Shown here piece after piece: positions 18,054 through 27,927 of a stretch of DNA of 64,000 nucleotides. The position numbers were made by a program, and so were the translations under genes. Every line of letters starts with the position of its first letter. The first letter of the stretch is position 1. The stretch is from an uncultured Gemmatimonadaceae bacterium (GTDB lineage: Bacteria; Gemmatimonadota; Gemmatimonadetes; Gemmatimonadales; Gemmatimonadaceae), in assembly GCA_963740355.1 (NCBI GenBank), contig CAVUDW010000002.1, positions 1,312,001-1,376,000 of the forward strand, read 5' to 3'. The notes under the pieces were generated by a model. That model was not told the origin of the DNA and did no database searches. It worked only from the letters and a program-made list of their open reading frames with translations.

Positions 18054-21000
18054 TTGGCGACCGTCGTGAAGGCTTTCGAGGCGAGGTCGCGCGTCGCGCG
18101 TGCCACCATCCTGTTGCTGACGGGCAGCATGCTCCAGACGGCCTGTGAGCGCTCGGCGCCTGGTACCGATGCGACGAAGGGCCCGCCGGTGGCGGCGACG
18201 CCAGCCGGGCCGGTCCTGTTCGAAAAGCTCGCGCCGGACAGCACCGGCGTGCGGTTCTCGAATGATTTGCCGGAATCGCCGGAGTTCAACATCCTCAACT
18301 ACCTCTACTACTACAACGGTGGTGGTGTGGCGGTCGGTGATGTGAACGGGGATAGCCTGCCTGATCTCTACTTCTCGTCGAACGTCAACCAGAACCGGCT
18401 CTACCTCAACAAGGGCAATTTCCAGTTCGAGGATGTGACGGAGAAGGCCGGTGTCGGTGGCCCGCCGGGATGGAAGACCGGTGTCACGATGGCCGACGTG
18501 AATGGCGACGGCCGACTGGACATCTATGTCTCAGCGGTGAGCTACCTGTCGATGCACGGGCGGAACATGCTCTACATCAACAATGGTGACGGCACGTTCA
18601 CCGATCGTGCTGACTCGTATGGCCTGGCGCATGTCGGCTTCTCGACGCAGTCCGCGTTCTTCGACTACGATGGCGACGGCGACCTGGACATGTTCCTGCT
18701 CAGCCACTCGACGCACACGGAGCGCGCGATCGGCAATGCGACCAAGCGTGACGTGCGCAATGCACGCGCTGGCGGCCGGCTCTTTCGCAACGACAACGGT
18801 CACTTCTCCGACGTCAGTGCGGAGGCCGGCATCTTCGGCGGCATCGAGGGGTATGGCCTCGGCCTGGTGGTCAGTGACCTCAACCTCGATGGCTGTCCCG
18901 ACGTCTACGTCGCGAATGACTTCCAGGAACAGGACTTTCTTTACTACAACACCTGCAAGAAGCGCTTCGATGAGTCGATCGCGAAGGCCACCGGTCACAC
19001 CAGCCGGTTCTCGATGGGTGTCGATGCGGCTGACGTGAACAACGATGGACGCCCCGACCTGGTGGTCGGCGACATGTTGCCGGAGCGGGAGGACATCCTC
19101 AAGACGTCAGCCAGCTCCGAGGCATACAGTCTCTTCAACCTTCGTGTTCGCGCCGGCTACCACCCGCAGTATGCACGCAACACGCTGCAGCTGAATCGGG
19201 GGAATGGGGAGTTCAGCGAGATCGGGTTTCTGGCGGGTGTCGAGGCCACTGACTGGACATGGTCGTTGCTGTTCGCGGACCTCGACAACGACGGCCTGAA
19301 GGACCTGTTCGTGACCAGCGGGATTTTTCGTCGGCCGAACGACCTCGATTACATCAACTACATCGGCAATGAGTCGGTGCAGGCCTCGCTGGCCAACGGT
19401 GTCACGCGAGAGAACCTGTCGTTGCTGAAGCAGATGCCCACGGTACCGGTGATCAACCATGCCTATCGCAATGACGGAGACCTGCACTTCTCCGACATGG
19501 CGACGGCGTGGGGCCTCGCGACGCCGGGATACTCGAATGGGTCTGCCTACGTGGACCTCGACAACGATGGCGCGCTCGACCTCGTGATCAACAACTACGA
19601 CGCGCCAGCGTCGATCTTCCGAAACCGTGCGCGAGACCGCGTTGGGAACGGCTACCTCACGGTCACGCTGCGTGGCGATGGCAGGAACACCGCCGGCATC
19701 GGCACCAAGCTGTACCTGACGCAGAAGGGGAAGCGCCAATTCCTCGAGCAGAGCCCCACACGCGGCTTCCAGTCGTCGGTCGACCAGCGCCTGCATTTCG
19801 GCCTCGGTCGCGACAGCCTCGTCGACTCGCTGGTGGTGGTGTGGCCCGATCGCCGGTTTCAGGTGCTGACGAATGTCGCGGGGAACCGGCGGATCACTGT
19901 GTCACAGCGCGAGGCCAGTGGACGCTGGGACTATGCGCGCGGCAGCGTTGCCACACCGCTGTTCTCGGAGATCACCGACAGCGTCGTGACAGGATATGCC
20001 CATGTCGAGAATGACTTCAACGACATGGATCGCGAGCCACTTTTGCCGCACCTGCTCTCGACCGAGGGCCCGGCGCTGGCCGTGGCCGACGTGAATGGCG
20101 ACGGGCTGGATGACATGTTCGTCGGCGGTGCGAAGTGGCAGCCGAGCAAGCTCCTCGTGCAGCAGAAGGACGGCAGCTTCGTTTCCAGCGATGCCCCGGT
20201 GTTCGCTGCCGACAGCATCACGGAAGACGTCGATGCTGCGTTCTTCGACGCCAACAAGGACGGGTATCCCGATCTCTATGTGGTGACGGCGGGCAACGAG
20301 TTCTGGGGTACGATGAACGAGTTGCGTGACCGGCTCTACCTCAACGATGGGACGGGGCACTTCACGAAGTCCACCGACGGCTTGCCAGCGCTGTTCGACA
20401 ATGGATCGTGCGTGGTGCCGGGAGACTTCAACGGCGACGGCAACGTCGATCTTTTCGTCGGATCCCGTGTCGTGGCGAAGGAGTACGGTGTCTCACCGAA
20501 GAGCCACCTGCTGCAAGGTGACGGCAAGGGGCATTTTACCGACGTCACGGAGACGCTCGCACCGGCCCTGTTGACGGCCGGCATGGTGACATCTGCGGCC
20601 TGGCTCGACTACGATCGCGACGGGAAGCTCGACCTGGTGGTTGCGGGCGAGTGGATGCCAGTGCGCGCCTTGCATCAGGAGCGCGGTGCGTTCGTCGATC
20701 GCACGTCGGACGCCGGACTCTCGGGTACGGAAGGGTGGTGGAACCGCGTCACCGCGGCCGACCTCAATGGCGACGGTCGCCTCGACCTCGTCCTCGGAAA
20801 TCTGGGCCTGAATTCGTACCTCACGGCGTCGGCTTCCGAGCCGGCGCAGATGTACGTGTTCGACTTCTTCGGCAACGGCACGCTGAAGCAGATCATCACC
20901 TTCTACAAGCACGGCGTCAGCTATCCGCTGGCAACGCGCGATGAACTGGTGAAGCTGATGCCGCCGCTGCGCGCCAAGTATCCATCGTATCACAAGTTCG

Positions 21001-21443
21001 GCGCGAGTACGGTGAAGGACATCTTCCTCCCCGAAGAAGTGAAGCAGGCCACCGTGCTTTCCGCGAAGACCTTCGCCAGCGCCGTTGCCATTGCGGGGCC
21101 GAATGGGGTCTTCCGCGTGACGCCGCTGCCGCGCGAGGCGCAGTTCGCGCCAGTGTACGCCACGCTCGCTCGCGACCTCGATGGCGACGGCAAGGTGGAC
21201 CTGCTGCTGGGCGGCAATTTCCTCGGCGCACCACCGATCCTCGGCCGGTCCGACGCCAGCTATGGCTTGCTGCTGCACGGCAACGGCGACGGCACATTCG
21301 CAGCTGTGGACATGATGCAAAGCGGGATTCGCCTGCGTGGCGAGATCCGGAACCTGCAAGCAGTGCGACGGGCGGATGGCCGCACCACCATCGTTGCCGC
21401 CCGCAACAACGACCGGTTGGCATTCGTCAGGACTCGACCGTGA
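18054..21443 (+). CDS. FG-GAP/VCBS repeat + ASPIC/UnbV (CRTAC1-like) lipoprotein
   Basis: 1129 aa; possible lipobox (LQTAC); YYYNGGGVAVGDVNGD, repeated DxD/NxDG motifs, GFQSSVDQRLHFGLG. Confidence 0.9.
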   Translation: MATVVKAFEARSRVARATILLLTGSMLQTACERSAPGTDATKGPPVAATPAGPVLFEKLAPDSTGVRFSNDLPESPEFNILNYLYYYNGGGVAVGDVNGDSLPDLYFSSNVNQNRLYLNKGNFQFEDVTEKAGVGGPPGWKTGVTMADVNGDGRLDIYVSAVSYLSMHGRNMLYINNGDGTFTDRADSYGLAHVGFSTQSAFFDYDGDGDLDMFLLSHSTHTERAIGNATKRDVRNARAGGRLFRNDNGHFSDVSAEAGIFGGIEGYGLGLVVSDLNLDGCPDVYVANDFQEQDFLYYNTCKKRFDESIAKATGHTSRFSMGVDAADVNNDGRPDLVVGDMLPEREDILKTSASSEAYSLFNLRVRAGYHPQYARNTLQLNRGNGEFSEIGFLAGVEATDWTWSLLFADLDNDGLKDLFVTSGIFRRPNDLDYINYIGNESVQASLANGVTRENLSLLKQMPTVPVINHAYRNDGDLHFSDMATAWGLATPGYSNGSAYVDLDNDGALDLVINNYDAPASIFRNRARDRVGNGYLTVTLRGDGRNTAGIGTKLYLTQKGKRQFLEQSPTRGFQSSVDQRLHFGLGRDSLVDSLVVVWPDRRFQVLTNVAGNRRITVSQREASGRWDYARGSVATPLFSEITDSVVTGYAHVENDFNDMDREPLLPHLLSTEGPALAVADVNGDGLDDMFVGGAKWQPSKLLVQQKDGSFVSSDAPVFAADSITEDVDAAFFDANKDGYPDLYVVTAGNEFWGTMNELRDRLYLNDGTGHFTKSTDGLPALFDNGSCVVPGDFNGDGNVDLFVGSRVVAKEYGVSPKSHLLQGDGKGHFTDVTETLAPALLTAGMVTSAAWLDYDRDGKLDLVVAGEWMPVRALHQERGAFVDRTSDAGLSGTEGWWNRVTAADLNGDGRLDLVLGNLGLNSYLTASASEPAQMYVFDFFGNGTLKQIITFYKHGVSYPLATRDELVKLMPPLRAKYPSYHKFGASTVKDIFLPEEVKQATVLSAKTFASAVAIAGPNGVFRVTPLPREAQFAPVYATLARDLDGDGKVDLLLGGNFLGAPPILGRSDASYGLLLHGNGDGTFAAVDMMQSGIRLRGEIRNLQAVRRADGRTTIVAARNNDRLAFVRTRP

Positions 21444-22879
21444 GCATTGTCCACTCCCCACGATCCATGCGACCCCTTCTCCTCGCCATGTTTGCCGGCA
21501 GCCTCACGATCACGGCCTGCAAGGCCGCCGACACCGCGTCCGGCAAGCGCGCCGACGCGACAGCCAGTGCGACAGCGGTGGTCGAACCTGGCATCCACCC
21601 CGCATGGTCGAAGAACGCGGTGATCTATGAGGTGAACATCCGGCAGTACACGCCGGAGGGGACGTTCGCCGCTTTTGCGAAGGAGCTGCCGCGCCTCAAG
21701 CAGCTCGGTGTCGACATCCTCTGGATCATGCCGGTGCAGCCGATCGGCAAGCTGAATCGCAAGGGTACGCTCGGCAGCTATTACTCGATTGCCGACTACA
21801 CCGGCGTGAATCCCGAATTCGGCAACGCGGCCGACTTCAAGGCGATGGTCGATGCCGCGCATGCGCAGGGCCTGAAGGTGATCCTCGATTGGGTCGCGAA
21901 CCACACGGCTTTCGATCACCGGTGGACGAAGGAGCACAAGGACTGGTACACGCTGCACCCGGACGGCACCATCTCACGCGCCATCGATCAGGATGGCAAG
22001 GAGACCGACTGGAGCGATGTGGCAGACCTGAACTACAACAGTAAGCCGATGCGCGCGCAGATGATCAGCGACATGCGCTACTGGGTCGATTCAACGGGCA
22101 TCGACGGCTTCCGGTGCGACGTCGCGGGCTTCGTCCCGTATGACTTCTGGGCCGACGTTCGGACCGCGTTGAAGACCTCGAAGCCAGACCTCTTCTTCCT
22201 CGCCGAGTGGGAAGATCCGGCGCTGCATACATCGTTCGATGCGACGTACGGCTGGGGGCTGTTTCACGTCATGAACGACGTGGCATCGGGCAAGAAGACG
22301 ACGGCTGAGCTGGACAAGTACTTCGCGGAGTTCGAGTCGAAGTTCCCTGCCGGTGCGTACCGCTTGAACTTCACCTCGAACCACGACGAGAACAGCTGGA
22401 ACGGCACGGAGTTCGAGCGTATGGGCGCGAACGCGCAGGCGGCGTGGGTCCTCAGCGCGACCACACAGAATTCCTTCCCGCTGCTCTACTCGGGACAGGA
22501 AGCGAGCTTCAACCGTCGCCTCGCGTTTTTCGAGAAGGACTCGATCGACTGGAAGAAGGGGCCGTCACTGGAGTCGTTCTACCGCACGATGTTCGAGCTC
22601 CGGCATTCGCAGGACGTGCTCTGGAACGGCCCGTGGGGCGCAGTGCAAACGAGGCTCCAGACTGACGGTGGCGATCGTGTGTATGCCTTCTCTCGCGACC
22701 GCGGCGACAAGGCCGTGGTGATCGTGACGAACTTCGGCGACAAGCCGGCCACCGTGAGGTACTCCGCGCTCAAGACGCCTGGTACCTACACCGATTGGTT
22801 CACGAAAACGCCGCTCACCCTCACCGCCGCCGGCGCCATCGACGTCCCCGCGCACGGGTATCGAGTTCTGGTCAAGTAG
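21440..22879 (+). CDS. GH13 alpha-amylase family lipoprotein
   Basis: Lipobox ITAC; DWVANH, GFRCDVA (nucleophile), LAEW (acid/base), NHDE. Confidence 0.9.
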   Translation: MSIVHSPRSMRPLLLAMFAGSLTITACKAADTASGKRADATASATAVVEPGIHPAWSKNAVIYEVNIRQYTPEGTFAAFAKELPRLKQLGVDILWIMPVQPIGKLNRKGTLGSYYSIADYTGVNPEFGNAADFKAMVDAAHAQGLKVILDWVANHTAFDHRWTKEHKDWYTLHPDGTISRAIDQDGKETDWSDVADLNYNSKPMRAQMISDMRYWVDSTGIDGFRCDVAGFVPYDFWADVRTALKTSKPDLFFLAEWEDPALHTSFDATYGWGLFHVMNDVASGKKTTAELDKYFAEFESKFPAGAYRLNFTSNHDENSWNGTEFERMGANAQAAWVLSATTQNSFPLLYSGQEASFNRRLAFFEKDSIDWKKGPSLESFYRTMFELRHSQDVLWNGPWGAVQTRLQTDGGDRVYAFSRDRGDKAVVIVTNFGDKPATVRYSALKTPGTYTDWFTKTPLTLTAAGAIDVPAHGYRVLVK

Positions 22880-22911
22880 CTGGTCGTCGCGGTTGGGCGA
22901 CTTGCTGTCAT

Positions 22912-23559
22912 TCAGCCCCGCAGCGAGATCTCGTAGTCCTTGTCGAGCAGGATGTCCGCGACGTCACCTTGTGGCGCGATCAGGCGATGCTCGATGTCGA
23001 GCACCTGGTCGACGAACGGATCCATGATGTCGCGGTTGCGCGCCTTGCGGCGGCCCTCGGTGTCCTTCCATGTGGCTTGCAGGAAGACGGCGATGTCCGA
23101 CGCGTCGAGCAGGATGGCGTACGTGCCTTCGACCACCAGCACATCGATGTTGGTGAAGTCCAGTGTCTGCGTGTCGAATCGATTCTCGGGATAGTTCACC
23201 ACTGGCGCCGAGACCACCGCGCCGGCGCGGAAGGCACGAATGTGCTCGCGGATCAGGTCCATCTGGACTTCCTGCGGGCCCACGCTGCCAAGGTCTGTGA
23301 GGCGGTGCTCGTGGTTCGTGCGTGGTGGGCGCACGAAGTAGTTGTCCTGATGGATGATCGCCGAGCGGATCCCCGCGGCATTCATCACCGTCGCGAGGTC
23401 GATCGCGGTGACAGACTTTCCGCTCCCCGATTCTCCGGCCACGGCAATCACTGTCCGCGTCTCGCGGGGCAGCCCGAAATCGCTGTTGAGCAGCGCCAGC
23501 AGCTGTTCGGCGCGCTCCTGATACGCTGAAGCGGGGCGTGATCGATTGACGTCACTCAT
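22912..23559 (-). CDS. P-loop kinase, uridine kinase/phosphoribulokinase-like family
   Basis: Walker A GESGSGKS, HQDNYF, LVVEG. Confidence 0.75.
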   Translation of the reverse strand: MSDVNRSRPASAYQERAEQLLALLNSDFGLPRETRTVIAVAGESGSGKSVTAIDLATVMNAAGIRSAIIHQDNYFVRPPRTNHEHRLTDLGSVGPQEVQMDLIREHIRAFRAGAVVSAPVVNYPENRFDTQTLDFTNIDVLVVEGTYAILLDASDIAVFLQATWKDTEGRRKARNRDIMDPFVDQVLDIEHRLIAPQGDVADILLDKDYEISLRG

Positions 23560-23569
23560 GCGCGATCAC

Positions 23570-24748
23570 TCATGCGGCGAACAGCGCGCGCGTGTCTTCG
23601 CGCGACGCATGCTCGAGGAAGACGAGCCCCGAGGCGGAATAGGCCATGTTCGGTGTGCCAAGTGATTCCCCGGTGGCGCCATGGAAATACTCCTCGAAGC
23701 CGTACGACGGTGTCGCCGTCAGTCGTGCCGCGGTCAGTTCGCGCAGTGTGTCGAGGGCCGCCGTGCGACCGGTGTGCCCCAACGCCAGCGCCAGCCAACC
23801 GAGCCAGATCGGCCAGATGCCGCCATTGTGATACTCGAACGGCCGATTGCGGAATCCATGCAGGTGGTATCGACTCAGCGCCGCCCACTCGGGGTGGCCT
23901 TCATCGATCACCGGGTGAAATGCCGGCGGCAGCGCCTTGGCGTCGAGGAACGTCGCGACGATCCAGTCGAGCGCTGACGCACTCATCGTCGGCGCAATGT
24001 CCGACAGCGCGAGCAGGCTGCAAGCCGCCAGGTCAAAAATGTCGCGGGCACCGACTGGCGAGAACGACGCCAGGGGATGGCAGGGCGTGGTGCGCACCTC
24101 AGGCCAGAAGCTGGCGTCGATCCGCGCCGCGATCCAGGTCGCCTTGTCCACCCATGCATGCTCCTCGTACGTCACGCCGAGGAGCTTGAGCGCCCAGGCG
24201 CGCAACACCTGATCGTAAAGGATGTAGCCGTCATAGATGTACTCGTCCGCCCAGTTGCCGCCGGTCGGGATGTAGATCAGGTGGCGGCCATTGTATTCCA
24301 ACGCATCGAGCACACGCACGGTGGCGCGCACCGACTCCTCGAAGTCGTCGGGATTGATCACCCCGCGCCGTGCTGCCAGCGCGACGCCGACGAGGTACCA
24401 GGTGGCGCCATCGATGCGTGGCGCGAGGGACCCAAAGCTGACCAGCGGCGGCTGCCCGTCGCGGAGCTCGAAATTGGACGCAATCTGGCCCTGCGCGCCC
24501 TGCGTGTCGCGCAGTCCCTCGAGCGTACGCTCGAGCCCTGTGGTGATCTGCGGGTCGTGCAGCAACAGCCCTGCCACGCCCGCCATCACGCCGTCACGCG
24601 AGAAAATGGCGCGATAGTTCGCCGTACTGGCCTGCGAGGCGTGAATGCCCTGTGGGCCACTCAGGGAGCGCAGCAGCGCAATGGCCGCAGTCAGATGGGG
24701 AACGGGCAGGGGACGTGCCTCGGTGCGTGTTGAGCGGGTGCTGGACAC
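23570..24748 (-). CDS. GH100-like (alkaline/neutral invertase-like) six-hairpin glycosidase, cytoplasmic
   Basis: FSRD near the N-terminus, GNWADE, YHNGGIWP (compare the GH100 YHNGGSWP motif), FEEYF; no signal peptide. Confidence 0.65.
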   Translation of the reverse strand: MSSTRSTRTEARPLPVPHLTAAIALLRSLSGPQGIHASQASTANYRAIFSRDGVMAGVAGLLLHDPQITTGLERTLEGLRDTQGAQGQIASNFELRDGQPPLVSFGSLAPRIDGATWYLVGVALAARRGVINPDDFEESVRATVRVLDALEYNGRHLIYIPTGGNWADEYIYDGYILYDQVLRAWALKLLGVTYEEHAWVDKATWIAARIDASFWPEVRTTPCHPLASFSPVGARDIFDLAACSLLALSDIAPTMSASALDWIVATFLDAKALPPAFHPVIDEGHPEWAALSRYHLHGFRNRPFEYHNGGIWPIWLGWLALALGHTGRTAALDTLRELTAARLTATPSYGFEEYFHGATGESLGTPNMAYSASGLVFLEHASREDTRALFAA

Positions 24749-24940
24749 CAGTGTCTACCACCCGGCGGGCGCTGGGGCAAGCGTCCCGGGCGTGCCCGCC
24801 CACCGGCGCCGCGATCCTCGGTGCAGCGCTGCCGCTGGTCGCGGCGGCGTCCGCTACGTACACTGCCGCGTCACCATCACGGCGGGGCGGGGTGACCGCT
24901 CCGGCCGGCCAGCTTTCTGCACGCGAACGAGGCCATACGG

Positions 24941-26299
24941 ATGTCGATACCGACCGCACCAGCGCGAGCCCGACTCACGTTTGGCCAGATCGTGAACATG
25001 AACATCGGGTTCTTCGGAATCCAGTACAGCTTCGGGCTGCAGCAAGGCAACATGAGCCCGATTTATCGCTATCTCGGCGCCGATGAAGCGAGCCTGCCGC
25101 TCCTCTGGCTGGCGGGCCCGATGACGGGATTGCTGGTGCAACCGATCATCGGCGCGATGAGCGACAAAACGCTCAGCCCGCGCGGACGCCGGACGCCCTA
25201 CTTCCTGATCGGCGCGGTGCTCTGCAGCCTGGCGCTGTTTGCAATGCCGTTCAGTGCCGCCCTCTGGATGGCAGCCGGCCTGCTCTGGGTGCTCGATGCC
25301 GCCAACAACATCACGATGGAGCCGTACCGCGCCTTCGTCAGTGACCGCCTCGATCCGAGCCAGCACTCGATCGGCTTCCTGACGCAGAGCGCATTCACCG
25401 GGCTTGGCCAGACGCTCTCCTACCTCACGCCGTCCATCCTCGTCGTCCTCGGCATGAACAGCGACACGGTCAACGGTCGCGGGATTCCCTACGTCACGAT
25501 GGGAGCCTTCCTCATCGGGGCGATCTTCTCGATCAGTTCCATTCTCTGGACCGTGCGTACCACACCGGAGTTGCCGCTCAGTGCCGCCGAGATTGCGCGT
25601 ATCAAGGCCCTGCCACGCGGATTCGGCGCTGCCATCAGCGAAGTGGTCGAGGCCATGAAGGACATGCCGGCTACCATGAAGCAGCTGGCCGTGATGAAGC
25701 TCTTCCAGTGGTACGCCATGTTCTGCTACTGGCAATACATCGTCCTCTCGCTCGCGGTCACGCTCTTCAACACACGCGACGCGAATTCACACGGCTTTCG
25801 CGAGGCCGGCCTGGTGAACGGCCAGATCGGCGGCTTCTACAACTTCATGGCCTTCGTTGGTGCGTTCGCGATGGTGCCGTTCACCAAGCGCTTCGGCCCC
25901 AAGATCATGCATGCCTTCTGCCTCACGCTGGCTGGATTCGCGATGATCTCGATCCCGATGATCACCGACCGTGCGCTGCTGTTCATTCCCATGATCGGGG
26001 TCGGGCTGGCCTGGGCCAGCATCATGGGGAATCCGTACGTCATGCTGGCAGGGAGCATTCCGCCGGAACGGGTCGGCGTCTACATGGGTATCTTCAACAT
26101 GTTCATCGTGATTCCCATGATGATCCAGATCTTTACGCTGCCGCTCTATTACAACTCGCTGCTCGGCGGCAATCCAGCCAACGTGATCCGCCTCGCCGGC
26201 GCACTGCTGCTCTGCGCGGCCGTGGCGGTGATGTTCGTGAAGACGGTGAAGCGCGGTGCACTGGACGACGTCGTGCTTCCAATGACGGGTGGACATTGA
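24941..26299 (+). CDS. MFS sugar transporter (MalT/SLC45 maltose-trehalose-sucrose type)
   Basis: About 12 TM segments; MNIGFFGIQYSFGLQ, GLLVQPIIGAMSD, GRRTPY, MEPYRA, GVYMGIFNMFIVIP. Confidence 0.9.
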   Translation: MSIPTAPARARLTFGQIVNMNIGFFGIQYSFGLQQGNMSPIYRYLGADEASLPLLWLAGPMTGLLVQPIIGAMSDKTLSPRGRRTPYFLIGAVLCSLALFAMPFSAALWMAAGLLWVLDAANNITMEPYRAFVSDRLDPSQHSIGFLTQSAFTGLGQTLSYLTPSILVVLGMNSDTVNGRGIPYVTMGAFLIGAIFSISSILWTVRTTPELPLSAAEIARIKALPRGFGAAISEVVEAMKDMPATMKQLAVMKLFQWYAMFCYWQYIVLSLAVTLFNTRDANSHGFREAGLVNGQIGGFYNFMAFVGAFAMVPFTKRFGPKIMHAFCLTLAGFAMISIPMITDRALLFIPMIGVGLAWASIMGNPYVMLAGSIPPERVGVYMGIFNMFIVIPMMIQIFTLPLYYNSLLGGNPANVIRLAGALLLCAAVAVMFVKTVKRGALDDVVLPMTGGH

Positions 26300-27927
26300 A
26301 TACGCGCCTCGGGGTAGTCATCATGGGTCTTGCAAGTGCGCTGGTCCTTCCCGCCTGCAAGACCGTGACACAGACGACATTCATCGTCGCCAAGAGTCCG
26401 GTCCCGGTGCTCGGCTATGACCCAGCGCGCGATCTCGGCCCGCTGTTTCACGACGTGCAGATGGCCCGCCTCTTCGCCGACTCGAAGACCTTCGTCGATG
26501 CTCGCCCGCTGGAGGCGCCCGCCGCCCTCGCCACGCGGTACCTGGCCGAGAAGAGTGTCGCTGGCTTCGACCTCAAGACCTTCGTCACGCGCTGGTTCAC
26601 ACAGCCGATGCCCGCCGCCACCGTGCCGGGCAGCGCCTCGACGACCGGCATGGAGCAGCACATCCGTGACCTCTGGCCGCTCCTGACTCGCGCAGCCGAT
26701 TCGACCGATGCCCGCTCCTCGCTGCTCCCGCTCCCCAAGCCGTACGTAGTGCCTGGCGGTCGCTTCCGCGAGGTCTATTACTGGGATTCGTACTTCACGA
26801 TGCTGGGCCTGGTGGAGAGCAAGCGCACCGACCTCGTCGCGAGCATGCTCGACAACTTCGCGCACCTCATTCGGACGGTCGGTCACATCCCGAATGGCAA
26901 CCGCACGTACTATCTGAGTCGCAGCCAGCCGCCCTACTTCTCGGCCATGGTCGGCCTGTACGCCACTGCGACCGACACCGCGTCCGCGATGCCGTACCTG
27001 GATGCGATGGAAACGGAGTATGCCTTCTGGATGGATGGCGCCGAGAAGCTCACGCCAGGCACGGCGAACCGCCGCGTGGTGAAGATGCGTGACGGCGCCT
27101 TGCTCAATCGGTACTGGGATGATCGCCCCGAGCCGCGCCCGGAGTCGTACCGCGAAGACTACGAACTCGGTATCTCGCTGCCGGAAGCGAAGCGTGAAGC
27201 GCTCTACCGGAATATTCGCGCCGCAGCCGAGAGTGGCTGGGACTTCTCCAGCCGCTGGATGCGCGATACGACGGATCTGCGGACGCTGGAGACCACCGAT
27301 CTCGCGCCGATCGATCTCAACAGCCTGATGTACCATGCGGAACGCACCATCGCCGCGTTGCATCGCTATCGGAAGGCGGCCGGTGATTCCGCCGCTGCGG
27401 TGAAGTTCGAGGCAGCGGCCGAAGCGCGGAAGGCCGCGCTCCTGGCTGCCGCGTGGGATGTGAAGAGCGGCTTCTTTTACGATGTGCGTTGGCGCAATGG
27501 CGAACGGGTCACCGATCGCCCGACACTCGCTGCCGCCGCGCCGCTGTACTTCGGCCTCGCCACCGCCGATCAGGCACGCGGTGTCACGGCACGACTCGAG
27601 CGCGACTTCATGCGGCCCGGTGGCTTCGTCACGACGACGATCCGCTCAGGACAGCAGTGGGATGCACCCAACGGCTGGCCGCCACTGCAGTGGGTCACGA
27701 TGGAAGGAGTGCGCCGGTATGGTCGTGCCGACATCGCCGACATGGCGCGTGACCGATGGTTGACACTCAACCGTCGCACCTATGCAGCCGTCGGCAAGAT
27801 GACGGAGAAGTACGATGTGCTCGACCTCACGCGACCGGCCGGTGGTGGTGAGTACCCGACGCAGGATGGCTTCGGCTGGACGAATGGTGTCGCGCTGGCG
27901 CTGGCGGCGATGGGCGCCGTGCGATGA
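26296..27927 (+). CDS. treA: Alpha,alpha-trehalase, GH37, predicted lipoprotein
   Basis: PGGRFREVYYWDSY, RSQPP, AESGWDFSSRW, QWDAPNGWPP, GFGWTN. Start set at TTG 26296 overlapping the MFS stop (alternative ATG 26323); lipobox LPAC. Confidence 0.92.
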   Translation: MNTRLGVVIMGLASALVLPACKTVTQTTFIVAKSPVPVLGYDPARDLGPLFHDVQMARLFADSKTFVDARPLEAPAALATRYLAEKSVAGFDLKTFVTRWFTQPMPAATVPGSASTTGMEQHIRDLWPLLTRAADSTDARSSLLPLPKPYVVPGGRFREVYYWDSYFTMLGLVESKRTDLVASMLDNFAHLIRTVGHIPNGNRTYYLSRSQPPYFSAMVGLYATATDTASAMPYLDAMETEYAFWMDGAEKLTPGTANRRVVKMRDGALLNRYWDDRPEPRPESYREDYELGISLPEAKREALYRNIRAAAESGWDFSSRWMRDTTDLRTLETTDLAPIDLNSLMYHAERTIAALHRYRKAAGDSAAAVKFEAAAEARKAALLAAAWDVKSGFFYDVRWRNGERVTDRPTLAAAAPLYFGLATADQARGVTARLERDFMRPGGFVTTTIRSGQQWDAPNGWPPLQWVTMEGVRRYGRADIADMARDRWLTLNRRTYAAVGKMTEKYDVLDLTRPAGGGEYPTQDGFGWTNGVALALAAMGAVR

